From the IMG/VR virus record IMGVR_UViG_3300046318_000171, positions 1 through 64,000 of that record: a DNA stretch of 64,000 bases, one strand, 5' to 3'. The position numbers were made by a program, and so were the translations under genes. The notes beneath the pieces were generated by a model that saw nothing but the letters and a program-made list of their open reading frames with translations, did not search any database and was not told the DNA's origin. This DNA is from a virus. This document shows, in pieces, positions 1 through 13,243 of this stretch. How positions within the stretch are numbered: position 1 is the stretch's first letter; every line of letters starts with the position of its first letter.

Positions 1-95
1 GAAGTGCTTGATGGCTAGGGGCTTGCCTATTTGAACTCTAGTGTTCTGAGAAGTAAAGGTTATGAACTTCATTTAAGTGCTCCATGTTAGTTAGT

Positions 96-1009
96 CTATT
101 CGATTGTAACTGAGTCGATTGTGTTTACGGTGTTATAGCCGCTAGGAGTGATTACGATTCCGTACTCAGCAGTCACTGTGGCTCCTGTTGCAGTGTACAC
201 CAAGTCAGACCCTACCTGAGTGGTAGTGTTTGTGTCGGAGTACCCTTTAACTGTAATCTGATTTCCGCTGATAAGTGTCTTTAAACTCTGCAAAGTTATA
301 CTGTCGCCAATGTACGTTTGGGCAATGGTGCTGACAGTGTTTGCTACAGACTGGAGAACACGGATGTAGGTTGGGTAGTAATAGTATGTTCCGCCTTGAA
401 TGGTGGAGTACTCTGCAGTACCACTAGAGCAAATTGTGTAGTAATCGTAAGATACGCATGTGTACCCAGACAAGTTTGTGGTACAGGTGTAAGTGGCGCT
501 GTAAGAGTAAGTCTTGCAGTACGCAGCGTTTTTAATGTTGTTTGAGTTCCAGGCGTTGCACTTTGCACAGCAGTACCCAGTTACGTTACACGAGTAGTAG
601 TAGTTAGCAGCATTTTTTACGCAAACAGTAGTCCAGTTGTAAGCATTACAGTTGTAGTTTCCAGTTGCCTGCGTGTAATACCAGGGTTGGGAATACGAGT
701 ACTGGTAGATGTCGGTAGCCCACCAGTTTCCTGAATCGGTAACCCATAGAAGAGAGCCTCCACCATTACCAGTTCCTGCTAGAGAAATAGTGACATCTTG
801 CTTAGGCATAGTAATGCTTGCCGCAGGGTAGGTGCTGGCAGAATCTGAAGTAGACGCTTTATTTCCAGTTACCTTCAGGGTCCCTCGCAAAGCCTTCCAC
901 AAAGAGCCATCACTAGCTGTGCCTAAATCAGTGGTCGTGTCTGTTCGGTTAAACGAGTCTATAAACCTGTTACGAATGCTCGAAGCGATTGCACCTAAAT
1001 TAATTCTCA

Positions 1010-1010
<1 letters not shown>
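96..1010 (-). CDS. Putative tail fibre tip / receptor-binding protein with Cys/Tyr/Asn-rich insert
   Basis: Follows the collagen-like fibre gene with a TAATG stop/start overlap at 1010 (start M-RINLGAI preferred over 1040); beta-rich body; 10-Cys insert. Confidence 0.55.
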
Positions 1011-4203
<3,193 letters not shown>

Positions 4204-4204
<1 letters not shown>

Positions 4205-5289
4205 TAAATAACTACCGTACTTACACGCTCAGTGAAGAAAGACCCACCCTTAATTTCTACTGGAAGAATAGTGCCGCTATTCGGGTCGGTGTTGTTAGGG
4301 TCAACCAACTGGACAGACCAATAGGTTCTACGAGCAATTCGCAACGTCTGGTCAGCAGTCAAAGATAGGGTGGCAGTGTAGTTTCCGTCCCCATCGTCTG
4401 TAGTAGACAGTTCAAATTCTTGGACTACTAGTACACTGCCACGCTGGTTCAGCAACTTAGCTTCGAAAGACGTGCTTTCGTCGAAAGTGCCCGAGAATGT
4501 AATATCGGTAGTAAACGCACGGCCTTGGTAAGCAGTGAGCTCTCCGGCTTCTGTAGGCCACTCTACAGGCTTGTCGCCGTAGATTGGAAGAGGAACATCC
4601 ACACGCTGTGGGTACGACCTGTCGTCGACTTCTTGCGGCTGGTAAACAGGCACATAACGGCCAGTGGCCTTAGAGATTCGACGTAGGCTAAATACGTCAA
4701 TGCTAAACATACCAATGCCCAAGTGGACACAGAGTTCTTGGTATTGCGCTTTGCGGGTTTGAACCATGTCCATAAGCTGACGGTAACGCTCTGAACGAGG
4801 AATGTTCACACCGTCTGGTGCCAGGATGTCGATGTCAAATGACGAGTCTGTCGCTAGGGTGTAAAGGGCAAGGCTAGTTGCATAAACTACCACTGGGTAC
4901 TCTTCGAGAGAAGGCAATGTGGCTGCAGTAATGTGGCGACCCAAAGAGTCGGTGTGCTTAGCTGCGTGTTGCTGCAAAGCCGCTTCTACAATGTATGTGA
5001 GTTCAGCTGCAGTAAAGTAGCGGTAATAAAGGCCGCTGACCTGAATTTCGTCACCATCAGCAGGTACTTCATCAAATACCAGCACTCCGGTTGATTCTTC
5101 TACTGAAGTGGTAGAGGTGACATCGGTACCGTTCAATGTAACGAAAACTTGGGTTGCATCCAAAGGAGAGTAGTGGATGTTGAATCGGTTAGTGGAACCG
5201 TCTGCGACGAACTGAACGACGAAAGATTTGCCAGTGTCGCCTAGCTCCAAACGTACCTTGCTAACAAGGCTAGTGATGTTTGCCATCAA
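4204..5289 (-). CDS. Virion structural protein (head-tail adaptor-like)
   Basis: 361 aa ORF between capsid and fibre genes; N-terminal '[11 protein letters not shown]' resembles adaptor proteins; position-based call. Confidence 0.5.
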
Positions 5290-5344
5290 TCCTCCGAAAA
5301 GTCTATGTACTTATGTTCTCGCACATCGGCGCTAAATACAGCGT

Positions 5345-5392
5345 AAAAAAGTCCGCCCTGCTGGGAGGAGGGCGGGTACCAGCAGGACGGAC
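5345..5392 (-). terminator. Intrinsic terminator with a CCUCCUCCC-containing loop
   Basis: Minus strand GTCCGTCCTGCTGG-loop-CCAGCAGGGCGGAC followed by T6. Confidence 0.75.
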
Positions 5393-5406
5393 AGTTTAGT
5401 AGGAGG

Positions 5407-5775
5407 TTACTGAATCCAGGTGTAACCTAGCTGATTCAGGTAAGCCGCCAATTCTCGAGGCACAGAGTACTTGACTCCAGCCTTAAAACTGTAAGTGTTA
5501 CCTACACCAAAGGTCATGTCTTCGATGTCCTGGTGAGTGCGGATAACAACCTTGTCGTTGTTGACAGAAACTCCGACCTCTTCAATCTCGTCGATTAGAA
5601 TAGGCTTGTCTGGGTTCTTTGCGTCAAACACGTCATTCTCAAGGCTGATTGCCTCTGCCTGACGACTGATTGAGATTTCTTCCGCACGGTCTGCGAGAGC
5701 CTTTGCGTTCGCTTTGGCAGCCAGTTCTGCTGCACGTCCTGTTGCGTCCTGAGGACTAGTTGGTTTATTTGCCAC
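5407..5775 (-). CDS. Hypothetical capsid-associated protein
   Basis: 122 aa ORF directly downstream of the major capsid gene; GTG start with AGGAAG RBS. Confidence 0.6.
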   Translation of the reverse strand: MANKPTSPQDATGRAAELAAKANAKALADRAEEISISRQAEAISLENDVFDAKNPDKPILIDEIEEVGVSVNNDKVVIRTHQDIEDMTFGVGNTYSFKAGVKYSVPRELAAYLNQLGYTWIQ

Positions 5776-5855
5776 GATGTTTTCTTCCTGTTAGGTTGTT
5801 TTGTTTGTGTTGGGGGACCACCCGAAGGTGGCCCCCCTTCACGAGGTGTTTGCTA

Positions 5856-6989
5856 TTAGTTGGTGTAAACCTTGTTAATAGCCTGGTCGGTGATGATACC
5901 GAGACCCCAGATTGAGTACCATGCTAGTGCGTGCTCACGACCAAAGTCTAGAACACCACCATCACGAAGCTCAACTGGAAGGCTGATTGCGTGACCAAAT
6001 GCGTTGTCACCAATCATGATTGACTCGTAAACGTCAGCAGCGTTACCAGTTGCGTTGGTTAGGTAACCAGCAAGTGCAGTAGCGTCTGCAGCCTCTGGGT
6101 TACCACCCTGACCTGCACCAGTGTTTGGAAGCACTGGAACTGAGGTCTGCGATGATGGAGCTCCAACGAGTGACGAGGTGGTGTAGCCTGACTGCGATGC
6201 AGCAAGCTTCTTAACCTGGGTGGTCTCGATGAATACGGTGTCGTATAGACGGCCGATTTCACCAAGCATGAAGTTACCTGGAGCAGCGTACTTGGTTACT
6301 TCGATGAACTCTGGGTTCGAGCGAAGGTCACGTGACTGCTTAGGGTGGATGAACATAACGTAGGTCTCACCAATACGAGGGATGTTCTTACCAGCAAGGG
6401 TAAGAGCTGAGTCCTTGATTGCACCAGTGGTCAACTTGAAGTTACCGTCTAGAGCACCAATCGAAGTACCAACGGTACCTTCGTCGTAGTTGGTGAAAGC
6501 GCCGCCTGAGATACCTGAACGGTCGTAACCGAAGGTAGCTGAGGTTGCTGCTGACAAGGTGTCACGAGCCTGTACGTCTAGGTACTGTGCCATGTGGCGA
6601 CCTAGAAGACGTGAAGCTGATGCCATGATGTCATCGAACGATGCGTTCAATAGGAGCTCTGACACAGCAACTGCGTAACCGTGCTCTGCAACGGTGATAG
6701 CAATCTGCTCAGCGGTCAGTGCGTTGGTGGTCATACGTACACCTTCGGTTAGTGGAGTTGGGTCCACTGCGAAGTTCTTGTAACGTAGGAAGTTAACACG
6801 TAGACCAGGTGCAACACCAAGCTCGGTCTTCTTAACAGCGAACTGCTCGAAGCGAAGGATTGGCATAGCCTGGAATAGGATTTCCTTTGACCAGATGGTC
6901 TGAATAGCCTGCGAAAGCTGGCTGTTCGAACCTGAGTAAGCGGTTGGTGCACCAGCGAGCTGGGACGAACCAGTAATAGCAGAAGCCAT
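5856..6989 (-). CDS. Major capsid protein (N4-gp56-like, HK97 fold)
   Basis: 'PLTEGV', 'EHGYAVAVSELL', 'GEIGRLYDTVFIET', 'DFGREHALAWY' motifs; follows scaffold and portal. Confidence 0.9.
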   Translation of the reverse strand: MASAITGSSQLAGAPTAYSGSNSQLSQAIQTIWSKEILFQAMPILRFEQFAVKKTELGVAPGLRVNFLRYKNFAVDPTPLTEGVRMTTNALTAEQIAITVAEHGYAVAVSELLLNASFDDIMASASRLLGRHMAQYLDVQARDTLSAATSATFGYDRSGISGGAFTNYDEGTVGTSIGALDGNFKLTTGAIKDSALTLAGKNIPRIGETYVMFIHPKQSRDLRSNPEFIEVTKYAAPGNFMLGEIGRLYDTVFIETTQVKKLAASQSGYTTSSLVGAPSSQTSVPVLPNTGAGQGGNPEAADATALAGYLTNATGNAADVYESIMIGDNAFGHAISLPVELRDGGVLDFGREHALAWYSIWGLGIITDQAINKVYTN

Positions 6990-7025
6990 TAGTTATGTCC
7001 TTTCAAAGACGGTCGGGTTTGGTTA

Positions 7026-7790
7026 TTAATTACCGAACAATCCCTGTCCACGGTTATTACCTGCTGTACCAAGTAGCTTGGCACGGTTCTTCGCATAATC
7101 TGCCATAGACATATTGTTAATGTCATTTGGTGAGTACTGTCGTGAGTCCGAGTCGTTGTCGAGGGGTCCAGAAGCAGGGCTCGTAATACGAGTTCCTACC
7201 ATTTCCTTGCGACTCTGCTGTGCAACTTGCGCAACCGAGTCGAAGATTTTCGCAGAACGTTCCTTAAGACCAAGGATGCTCTGCTCGATTTCATCCTTAG
7301 AATTTCCAGAAATAAGGTCAATCAGTTCTGGAATGATGCTGTCACGCTCAGCCTCAAGACGCTGCTGGCGGTACTGGCTAAGTTCCTGGAATTCACGCTC
7401 ACGCTCAAGAAGAGCGAAAGCCTTTTCACGGTCCTCACGCTCACGCTTGAGTTCCGCCTGCCATTCCTGTTCCTTCTTTGCAAGAAGGTCACGAACCTCA
7501 AGTTCGGCTTCCTCCTGCTTTTTGCGCTCTGCTGCCGCTTCAGCCTCACGGGCTTGGCGAGCTGCTTTGCGCTCGGCTTCTTTAGCCTCTCGCTCCTGCT
7601 CCTTTGAACGGAGTAGTGCAAGTTCTTCCTGTAGCTTCTCTACCTGAGGATAAAGCTTAGCCTTCTCCTGAGCACGTGCTTTCTGAATTGCTTCAGCCAC
7701 TTTGTCAGTGTTTGGAAGGTAGTTCTCCTCTGCAGGAACTGCTGCAGGTACTTCAGTAACCTCAGTTACTTCTGTGGTGTTTTCATCCAT
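7026..7790 (-). CDS. Capsid scaffolding protein
   Basis: E/K/R-rich coiled coil between portal and capsid; C-terminal 'MSMADYAKNRAKL'. Confidence 0.8.
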   Translation of the reverse strand: MDENTTEVTEVTEVPAAVPAEENYLPNTDKVAEAIQKARAQEKAKLYPQVEKLQEELALLRSKEQEREAKEAERKAARQAREAEAAAERKKQEEAELEVRDLLAKKEQEWQAELKREREDREKAFALLEREREFQELSQYRQQRLEAERDSIIPELIDLISGNSKDEIEQSILGLKERSAKIFDSVAQVAQQSRKEMVGTRITSPASGPLDNDSDSRQYSPNDINNMSMADYAKNRAKLLGTAGNNRGQGLFGN

Positions 7791-7905
7791 TGGGATTCTC
7801 TTTTCATTCTATGGGTCGTTTTCCGAATTAGTGCCACTTGACCTTGTCAGTTATAGTTTAAGTTCAGCAAAGTTTCAAACGAATTTCTCGCTAAACCAAA
7901 GTTTT

Positions 7906-9633
7906 TTACTCTTTGTCAACCACCGCACGTTGAGGGATTCTAGTTCCGTATGCCTGGGTTACCAAAGTATTTCGGATTTCCTCTTCAGCGGCCATGTTCT
8001 GCTGCGCAGCAGCGTCAGCCATTTCAGGGGTCTCTGTGCCAGCAGGGCCTAGCTGACCATCACCAAGGATGTCGCCATCGCCCAACTGCATTGGGTCCAT
8101 AGGAGTGGCCGAACCATCCGGTCCAACCATCATTCCAGTTAGGTCCATGAGCTGCTTAGTAATCTGCGCCTTGATTAGGTTCAAAGCACCTTCAGACTCA
8201 GCGTCTGCAATAAGTTCAGAGCGGATTTCTTCGAGCTTCTCTTCAGGGAACTCTTCGCCAAGGGCACGTAGAGCACCTTCCTTAGACTCGAGCCCCATCG
8301 ACATCTTCTGTGAAAGCTCGTTCAAAAGAACCAACTTGTCCAAAGGTAGCGGTGGTGGGAAATGTGCATAAGACTGGTAGGTGACCGGGTCATTCGGGTC
8401 AAGCTGAGGTAGCTGACCATCCTTGATTGGGCCATCTACGTCAGGGTTGTAAGTGAAAGTCTCAGGTTCCTTGACCGCAAGGTTGAGCATGATTAGTTCG
8501 TTAATCTTCTCAAGACCAGCGCCGTACTGTGCCTTCTTCTGGGTCCAACGGTTCATCAGAGGCTGGAACTGGATAGAAAGAGCAACACCAGAAGTGTTAG
8601 AGATAGGCTGTGCCTGACCAAGTGCAGTCTCAGGAATGTTCATGAGTTCATGCATTGACATCTTCAAACGGTCTAGGTACTCAAGAGCACCCTGGATACC
8701 AGCACCGCCACCTTCAAGGTTGAATACCTGAGAGTCCTTTGGAAGACCTCCCCAAACCTTCTTGGCACCCTTCTCAAGGTTAGCCGCCTTAGCACCGATG
8801 ATGATAGTCACAGGTGAAGCGTGGTAGTTGATGATGTCTGCTACGTCAGTAGAGATTTCGTTATACGCACGGTTGATGGTGATGATGTCGTGTGCGTCTG
8901 ACAGTCCCCAAGGTGAACCGGAAACTGGAATGTTAGGAATGTGGACAACTGGAATCTCACCTAGTGGGTTTGGGCGTGAGTCAATAAGCTCGTCGTTGAC
9001 GTACTCTTCGATGATGTCATCGGTAAGAATCTCAGTGTAAGTAAAGACCTGACGAGTTCCTTCAAGTGAGGTTCCCCAGAAACGGTACTTCTGCTTGAAA
9101 CGAAGCAAACGAGTACGGTCGTGTGGGTGGAACTCAGGGAAGCAGAACGCAGGGTTCAAAGGAAGGATGCGAACACGGCCAGGGTGAATACGACCAATGC
9201 CATCTTCCCAAGCTTCTTCGTAAGCAATCTTTACAAAGCAGTCACCAGTGATTCCACCAGTCTGCGCCATTTCGAACAGCACACGCTGCTTGTCGTTGTC
9301 TATTTCCCAAACACGCTGTAGACGGTCAGGAACAATCGCTTCAGTAGCCTTAGGAGAACGGAAGTGAACACCGTTACCAAAAGTAAAGCGTGCTAGGTAG
9401 TCTAGGAACGCACGGTAGTAGTTAATCGAAATTTGCATTTCGCCCTGCTCACGGCGGTAGCCCCAGTGGTGACCAAGGTACATTGCCCAGTTGAGCGAGT
9501 AACGGTTTAGACGAGGACCGTGGACCTCAAACTCTTCGTCAGCCAACTCGACAAGGCCGAGAGGTGAAATAGAAATCGTAAGGTCAGAAGACGCTGCACG
9601 ATAGCTAGGTGGAGAAAAGTCAAGAAACGACAT
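7906..9633 (-). CDS. Portal protein (SPP1 gp6-like)
   Basis: 575 aa; 'NPLGEIPVVHIPN', 'WGLSD', 'SNTSGVAL' motifs; between terminase and scaffold. Confidence 0.88.
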   Translation of the reverse strand: MSFLDFSPPSYRAASSDLTISISPLGLVELADEEFEVHGPRLNRYSLNWAMYLGHHWGYRREQGEMQISINYYRAFLDYLARFTFGNGVHFRSPKATEAIVPDRLQRVWEIDNDKQRVLFEMAQTGGITGDCFVKIAYEEAWEDGIGRIHPGRVRILPLNPAFCFPEFHPHDRTRLLRFKQKYRFWGTSLEGTRQVFTYTEILTDDIIEEYVNDELIDSRPNPLGEIPVVHIPNIPVSGSPWGLSDAHDIITINRAYNEISTDVADIINYHASPVTIIIGAKAANLEKGAKKVWGGLPKDSQVFNLEGGGAGIQGALEYLDRLKMSMHELMNIPETALGQAQPISNTSGVALSIQFQPLMNRWTQKKAQYGAGLEKINELIMLNLAVKEPETFTYNPDVDGPIKDGQLPQLDPNDPVTYQSYAHFPPPLPLDKLVLLNELSQKMSMGLESKEGALRALGEEFPEEKLEEIRSELIADAESEGALNLIKAQITKQLMDLTGMMVGPDGSATPMDPMQLGDGDILGDGQLGPAGTETPEMADAAAQQNMAAEEEIRNTLVTQAYGTRIPQRAVVDKE

Positions 9634-9893
9634 TACTTCTTATCCTTCTTGGCCTTTGGTTTTTCCTTTTCGTCATCGCCTTTACCTCGAGCCTTAGCTT
9701 TGGCTTCCTGGTAACGTTGAAGCATTTCTTTGCGCTTTGCAATTTCTTCAGAATCGATGAACTTACCGCCAAGCTCTAGATAGCGGCGGTGAACCCAGTG
9801 CGAAGCACCTGGGGATGGGTAAATGCGGTACTTAGCCTTGGCTTGTGAAACCACCATGGCGTACAGCTTTTCGTTTACTGGCACATCGGCCAT
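9633..9893 (-). CDS. Hypothetical basic protein
   Basis: 86 aa ORF with GGAGG RBS, coupled to the portal start. Confidence 0.65.
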   Translation of the reverse strand: MADVPVNEKLYAMVVSQAKAKYRIYPSPGASHWVHRRYLELGGKFIDSEEIAKRKEMLQRYQEAKAKARGKGDDEKEKPKAKKDKK

Positions 9894-9953
9894 TTGTTCT
9901 CCTCCAAGATTGTTAGCACCCCGCCCTTACGGGCGAGGTGACCAACAAGCGTA

Positions 9954-10349
9954 CTAGTCGTTTACGACTGTTGGGTTAAGACGCATTGCACGTCCACCCG
10001 AAACAACCTTAGTCTCAACAATCTGCTCTGCGTTCTGTGAGTAAGAACCGTGAGCAAACTCGCCAAGGAAGGTTGGTGCTTCAATCCATGCTGCCGAACC
10101 GACGTGTGCACGCTCTGAGAGAGTCTCAGCAGCTGGCTTCTGCCATACTGGTGCATTACGGTTTGGACGACCAGGAGCGGCTGCGAAGCCGTTCATGATA
10201 CCAACTTGGAAATCGTTTGGTACGTCAGTGTCAGTAGCGACACCCTCTTCGAAACGAAGTGGGCCACGACGCTCTAGATTACCAGCCATTTTGCGCTCGT
10301 AAACTTGAGGTGCACGCTCTGGGAACTGAGGTGTAGGACCGATACCCAT
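9954..10349 (-). CDS. Hypothetical virion-associated protein
   Basis: 131 aa ORF with AAGGAG RBS in the head gene cluster. Confidence 0.65.
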   Translation of the reverse strand: MGIGPTPQFPERAPQVYERKMAGNLERRGPLRFEEGVATDTDVPNDFQVGIMNGFAAAPGRPNRNAPVWQKPAAETLSERAHVGSAAWIEAPTFLGEFAHGSYSQNAEQIVETKVVSGGRAMRLNPTVVND

Positions 10350-10443
10350 GGGGACTCCTTATGTATAGGGAATGGAAAGTCGACTGTTTCCAATACTTAG
10401 TTTCTCGTGTTATTGGGCTTTTTGCACACTGAACTCAAACTTT

Positions 10444-12039
10444 TTAGAAAAACATGTTTGAGTTGACTTCTACCGACGGCATGACAAGCTCCTGTGTTAG
10501 AGAGCAAGCAATCGCCAAAGAGTCGACAAAGTCATCGTGAGCGTAGGCCTCATCCGGTGCTGCCACCATAAAGTTAGGGCCTTTGTATTGGATTTCGGCA
10601 TCTGTCATCTGCTGGTAGAAACGCTTCCACACACGCAAACGCCTAGTTTTAGCGTGCGCCGGGTAAGACAACGAGCGACGCTGAATGAGTGCCTGCAGGT
10701 GCTTAAACCTCTTGGACTGCTCTGACTGGCTAGAGGTGACAGACACCACTTCTGCACGCCCCATAAGAATCTTAAGGCGCTGGGCCACTGCGTCACCAAC
10801 ACCGTTGGCGTCTACTCCGATTGCCAGAACGTCATAGTTCGAAAGGAAGTTAACAATTTGGAAATACTGCTCTTCCCAGTCATCCCCTTGTAGTTCCAGC
10901 CAGTTGAGTACTCGATGGTCGAAATAGCCAAACTCATCTGGACGGTCCCAGTCAACCCAGACAACTGTGACAACAGTGGAGTCCATCTTTCTAGCAGGGT
11001 CGATTCCGACCACAACAGGGGTTTGGTGCCAGACTTTGACCAGCTCTTGCGAAGTATCACCGAGCTCATCCATGAGTCCACTTGTAACAAACATGCCTCG
11101 TTCAAGAAGCCATTTGCAGTTATACGACATCTGGAACTCATCGGAGTCCTCTCCAATACGTAGCTTTTCTTTAGAAATAAATGTGCCGTAGTTTTCGTTT
11201 ACTTTGGCGACGTCTCTCCAGTCCCATTGGAAGTGATTTTGTTTCTTACCACGGCCTGTTTGGATTCGTTTGTTTAGCTGGATAGACTTGTAGAAGTTGT
11301 TCTTAGATGTGGTAGGAGTACCGGTCTTAACAATGATTCCTGCGTAGTAAGCCAACATCGGAGTAATTGACTTGGCCACTACAAAGTCGTCCGCTTCCTG
11401 GCACTCGTCAATAACTACAAGATGGAACGACTTCGACTCAATCTTTGCACGAGGGTTTGCCGTCATCATGGTCATCATAGAGCCAGAGTTTTTAAGTTTG
11501 ATAGTCTTAGTTACACCGGCAATCTTCTTTGCCTCGTCATCAATCTCCGGGTCACCCAGAACTTCTTGGGCAGTCTCAGAAGTTAGGCGAGTAACAACTC
11601 GGCTAAACAAAGTTTCTGCCTGACCTTCAGTAGGGGCGAATAAGCCCACCCACAAACCATCCTTGTATTTGTCAAGAAGTTTAGGGTAAATCTTAGCCAA
11701 CTTAGGTAGCAGCACCATGAGCATGGCTACTGTGTCAGCTACTGTTTCCGACTTACCAGACTGACGTGAAGCAAGTGCGGTGATTTCGTCACCCTTACCA
11801 ATAAGGACAGCCTCGATAATTCTTCTAGCCAGAGGCTTCTGGTATGGGTGTAGGTCGTGGCCTACCAAGACGTGCATGAATTGCATCATCTTATCGATTA
11901 GACGGTCAACAAACTCTTGGTCAAGTTCGTTCTCATCTTCTTCAAACTCTTCTTCAACTCCGTGGTCTTCTAGATAGAAACTCGGGTTAATTTCTTCAAA
12001 TTGTTGAACGTCGTCTTCTTCGTCGTCGTACTCAAACAT
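10444..12039 (-). CDS. Terminase large subunit
   Basis: Walker A 'SRQSGKS', Walker B 'LVVIDE', nuclease motifs 'VGIDPA', 'DANGVG', 'HDDFVDSLA'. Confidence 0.93.
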   Translation of the reverse strand: MFEYDDEEDDVQQFEEINPSFYLEDHGVEEEFEEDENELDQEFVDRLIDKMMQFMHVLVGHDLHPYQKPLARRIIEAVLIGKGDEITALASRQSGKSETVADTVAMLMVLLPKLAKIYPKLLDKYKDGLWVGLFAPTEGQAETLFSRVVTRLTSETAQEVLGDPEIDDEAKKIAGVTKTIKLKNSGSMMTMMTANPRAKIESKSFHLVVIDECQEADDFVVAKSITPMLAYYAGIIVKTGTPTTSKNNFYKSIQLNKRIQTGRGKKQNHFQWDWRDVAKVNENYGTFISKEKLRIGEDSDEFQMSYNCKWLLERGMFVTSGLMDELGDTSQELVKVWHQTPVVVGIDPARKMDSTVVTVVWVDWDRPDEFGYFDHRVLNWLELQGDDWEEQYFQIVNFLSNYDVLAIGVDANGVGDAVAQRLKILMGRAEVVSVTSSQSEQSKRFKHLQALIQRRSLSYPAHAKTRRLRVWKRFYQQMTDAEIQYKGPNFMVAAPDEAYAHDDFVDSLAIACSLTQELVMPSVEVNSNMFF

Positions 12040-12266
12040 TACTCTGCACGCCTCTTAAGTTCTCTAATAATTTCTAGTAACGCTTCTGCGTTCTCTTCCG
12101 CTACAGCGTAGTTTTCCACGGTTTTAGCGCCCATTCCGGCTACTGCCTTGCCAATTCCGTACAACGTAGTTTCCACCCACATGACCAGGTCATGAGTTTG
12201 CAGCCCAGAAATCCTCTTCTGTAGCTTTGTAGGCTGGGGCTTCCCATCCTTCTTCAAAATCTTCAT
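12039..12266 (-). CDS. Hypothetical protein
   Basis: 75 aa ORF coupled to the terminase start. Confidence 0.55.
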   Translation of the reverse strand: MKILKKDGKPQPTKLQKRISGLQTHDLVMWVETTLYGIGKAVAGMGAKTVENYAVAEENAEALLEIIRELKRRAE

Positions 12267-12510
12267 CTGTTAGTACTCGTCCTTCTAGTGCTCGATTTAG
12301 TGCAGTTTCTTCGTCTGGTTGTGCGCCTGTCCATCTACCATACACAAAAGCCATGTGCTTAGGCAGTCTAAAGATGAACGGCTCAGCAGTACGAAATGGT
12401 TCTTCAATTTCTTGAGTCCATCCACGCACCACTAACTTGTTTTTCCAATCGACTGGAAAATGTACAATTTGTACAAAACGTTGTTTTCCGATGTTGTGAA
12501 CCTTTGGCAT
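12190..12510 (-). CDS. Hypothetical protein
   Basis: 106 aa ORF in the co-oriented operon. Confidence 0.55.
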   Translation of the reverse strand: MPKVHNIGKQRFVQIVHFPVDWKNKLVVRGWTQEIEEPFRTAEPFIFRLPKHMAFVYGRWTGAQPDEETALNRALEGRVLTDEDFEEGWEAPAYKATEEDFWAANS

Positions 12511-12519
12511 GTTCCTAGT

Positions 12520-13179
12520 TTACTTTCTTTTTGGTGGCTTTCCGCCCTTAGAAGGGTTGACTCCCTTGCCTTTTGACAACGCTCTGGAGGTTGCGCTTCG
12601 AGGGTTAAGCTGGGATTTACTTTGCGCAGACTTAGTGACTCCATAAATCTTTTTGCCGTATGGGTCAAGGGTGGCTCGACGAGACTTATACCTAAACTGG
12701 TTGGTACGAGCCATGAGCTGGAGCTGGGATAAGAAGTCGTCGCTAATTCCGCTTAGGTCTGCTAGCCCCTGTGGTTTGGACAAGAACTGCCTATTAATGA
12801 ATGGGTTACCTTTAGAGATAGATGCGTGAAACTTAATCCACTCGTCTTTGGTTACGTCGTAGTAGTTCCACAAAGTTCCATCTCGGAACATGACGGTCAG
12901 AACTTGTCTAGCGTTGTCGTAACCAGCGGCTACTGTGCGAGGCTTCTTGAAGTTGGTAGAAGACGTAGGTACGTCAGTTAGTCGAGCCGGAGCCCTGTCG
13001 TCAATGTCCTCCGCACCTTGTTGCTGCGGTTCCTCGTAGTCATCTTCGCTGTACGGGTCATAAGTTACGCCGTCTAAGTCGGCAGACTGCGCAAACTGTT
13101 GAGAGTTAAAGATGGTCTGTAGACGCACTAGCTCTGCGCTGTCGTATCCGACAGGTGGCTGCTTTGGGTCTGCCATCAT
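12520..13179 (-). CDS. KTSC-domain protein with basic C-terminal tail
   Basis: 'AAGYDNARQVLTVMFRDGTLWNYYDV...W..F..SISKG.FIN' matches the KTSC pattern. Confidence 0.75.
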   Translation of the reverse strand: MMADPKQPPVGYDSAELVRLQTIFNSQQFAQSADLDGVTYDPYSEDDYEEPQQQGAEDIDDRAPARLTDVPTSSTNFKKPRTVAAGYDNARQVLTVMFRDGTLWNYYDVTKDEWIKFHASISKGNPFINRQFLSKPQGLADLSGISDDFLSQLQLMARTNQFRYKSRRATLDPYGKKIYGVTKSAQSKSQLNPRSATSRALSKGKGVNPSKGGKPPKRK

Positions 13180-13191
13180 ACTCCTTAAATA

Positions 13192-13233
13192 AAATAAACC
13201 GTGCTACCAGTTTATCGGCAGCACGGTTTATTT
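13192..13233 (-). terminator. Intrinsic terminator / inverted repeat
   Basis: AAATAAACCGTGCT ... AGCACGGTTTATTT, 14-bp arms. Confidence 0.7.
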
Positions 13234-13243
13234 ATGGGGCTAA

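Noticed and set aside
400-700. Diversity-generating retroelement target in the AAC/TAC-rich fibre tip
   Set aside because: No template repeat or reverse transcriptase in this window
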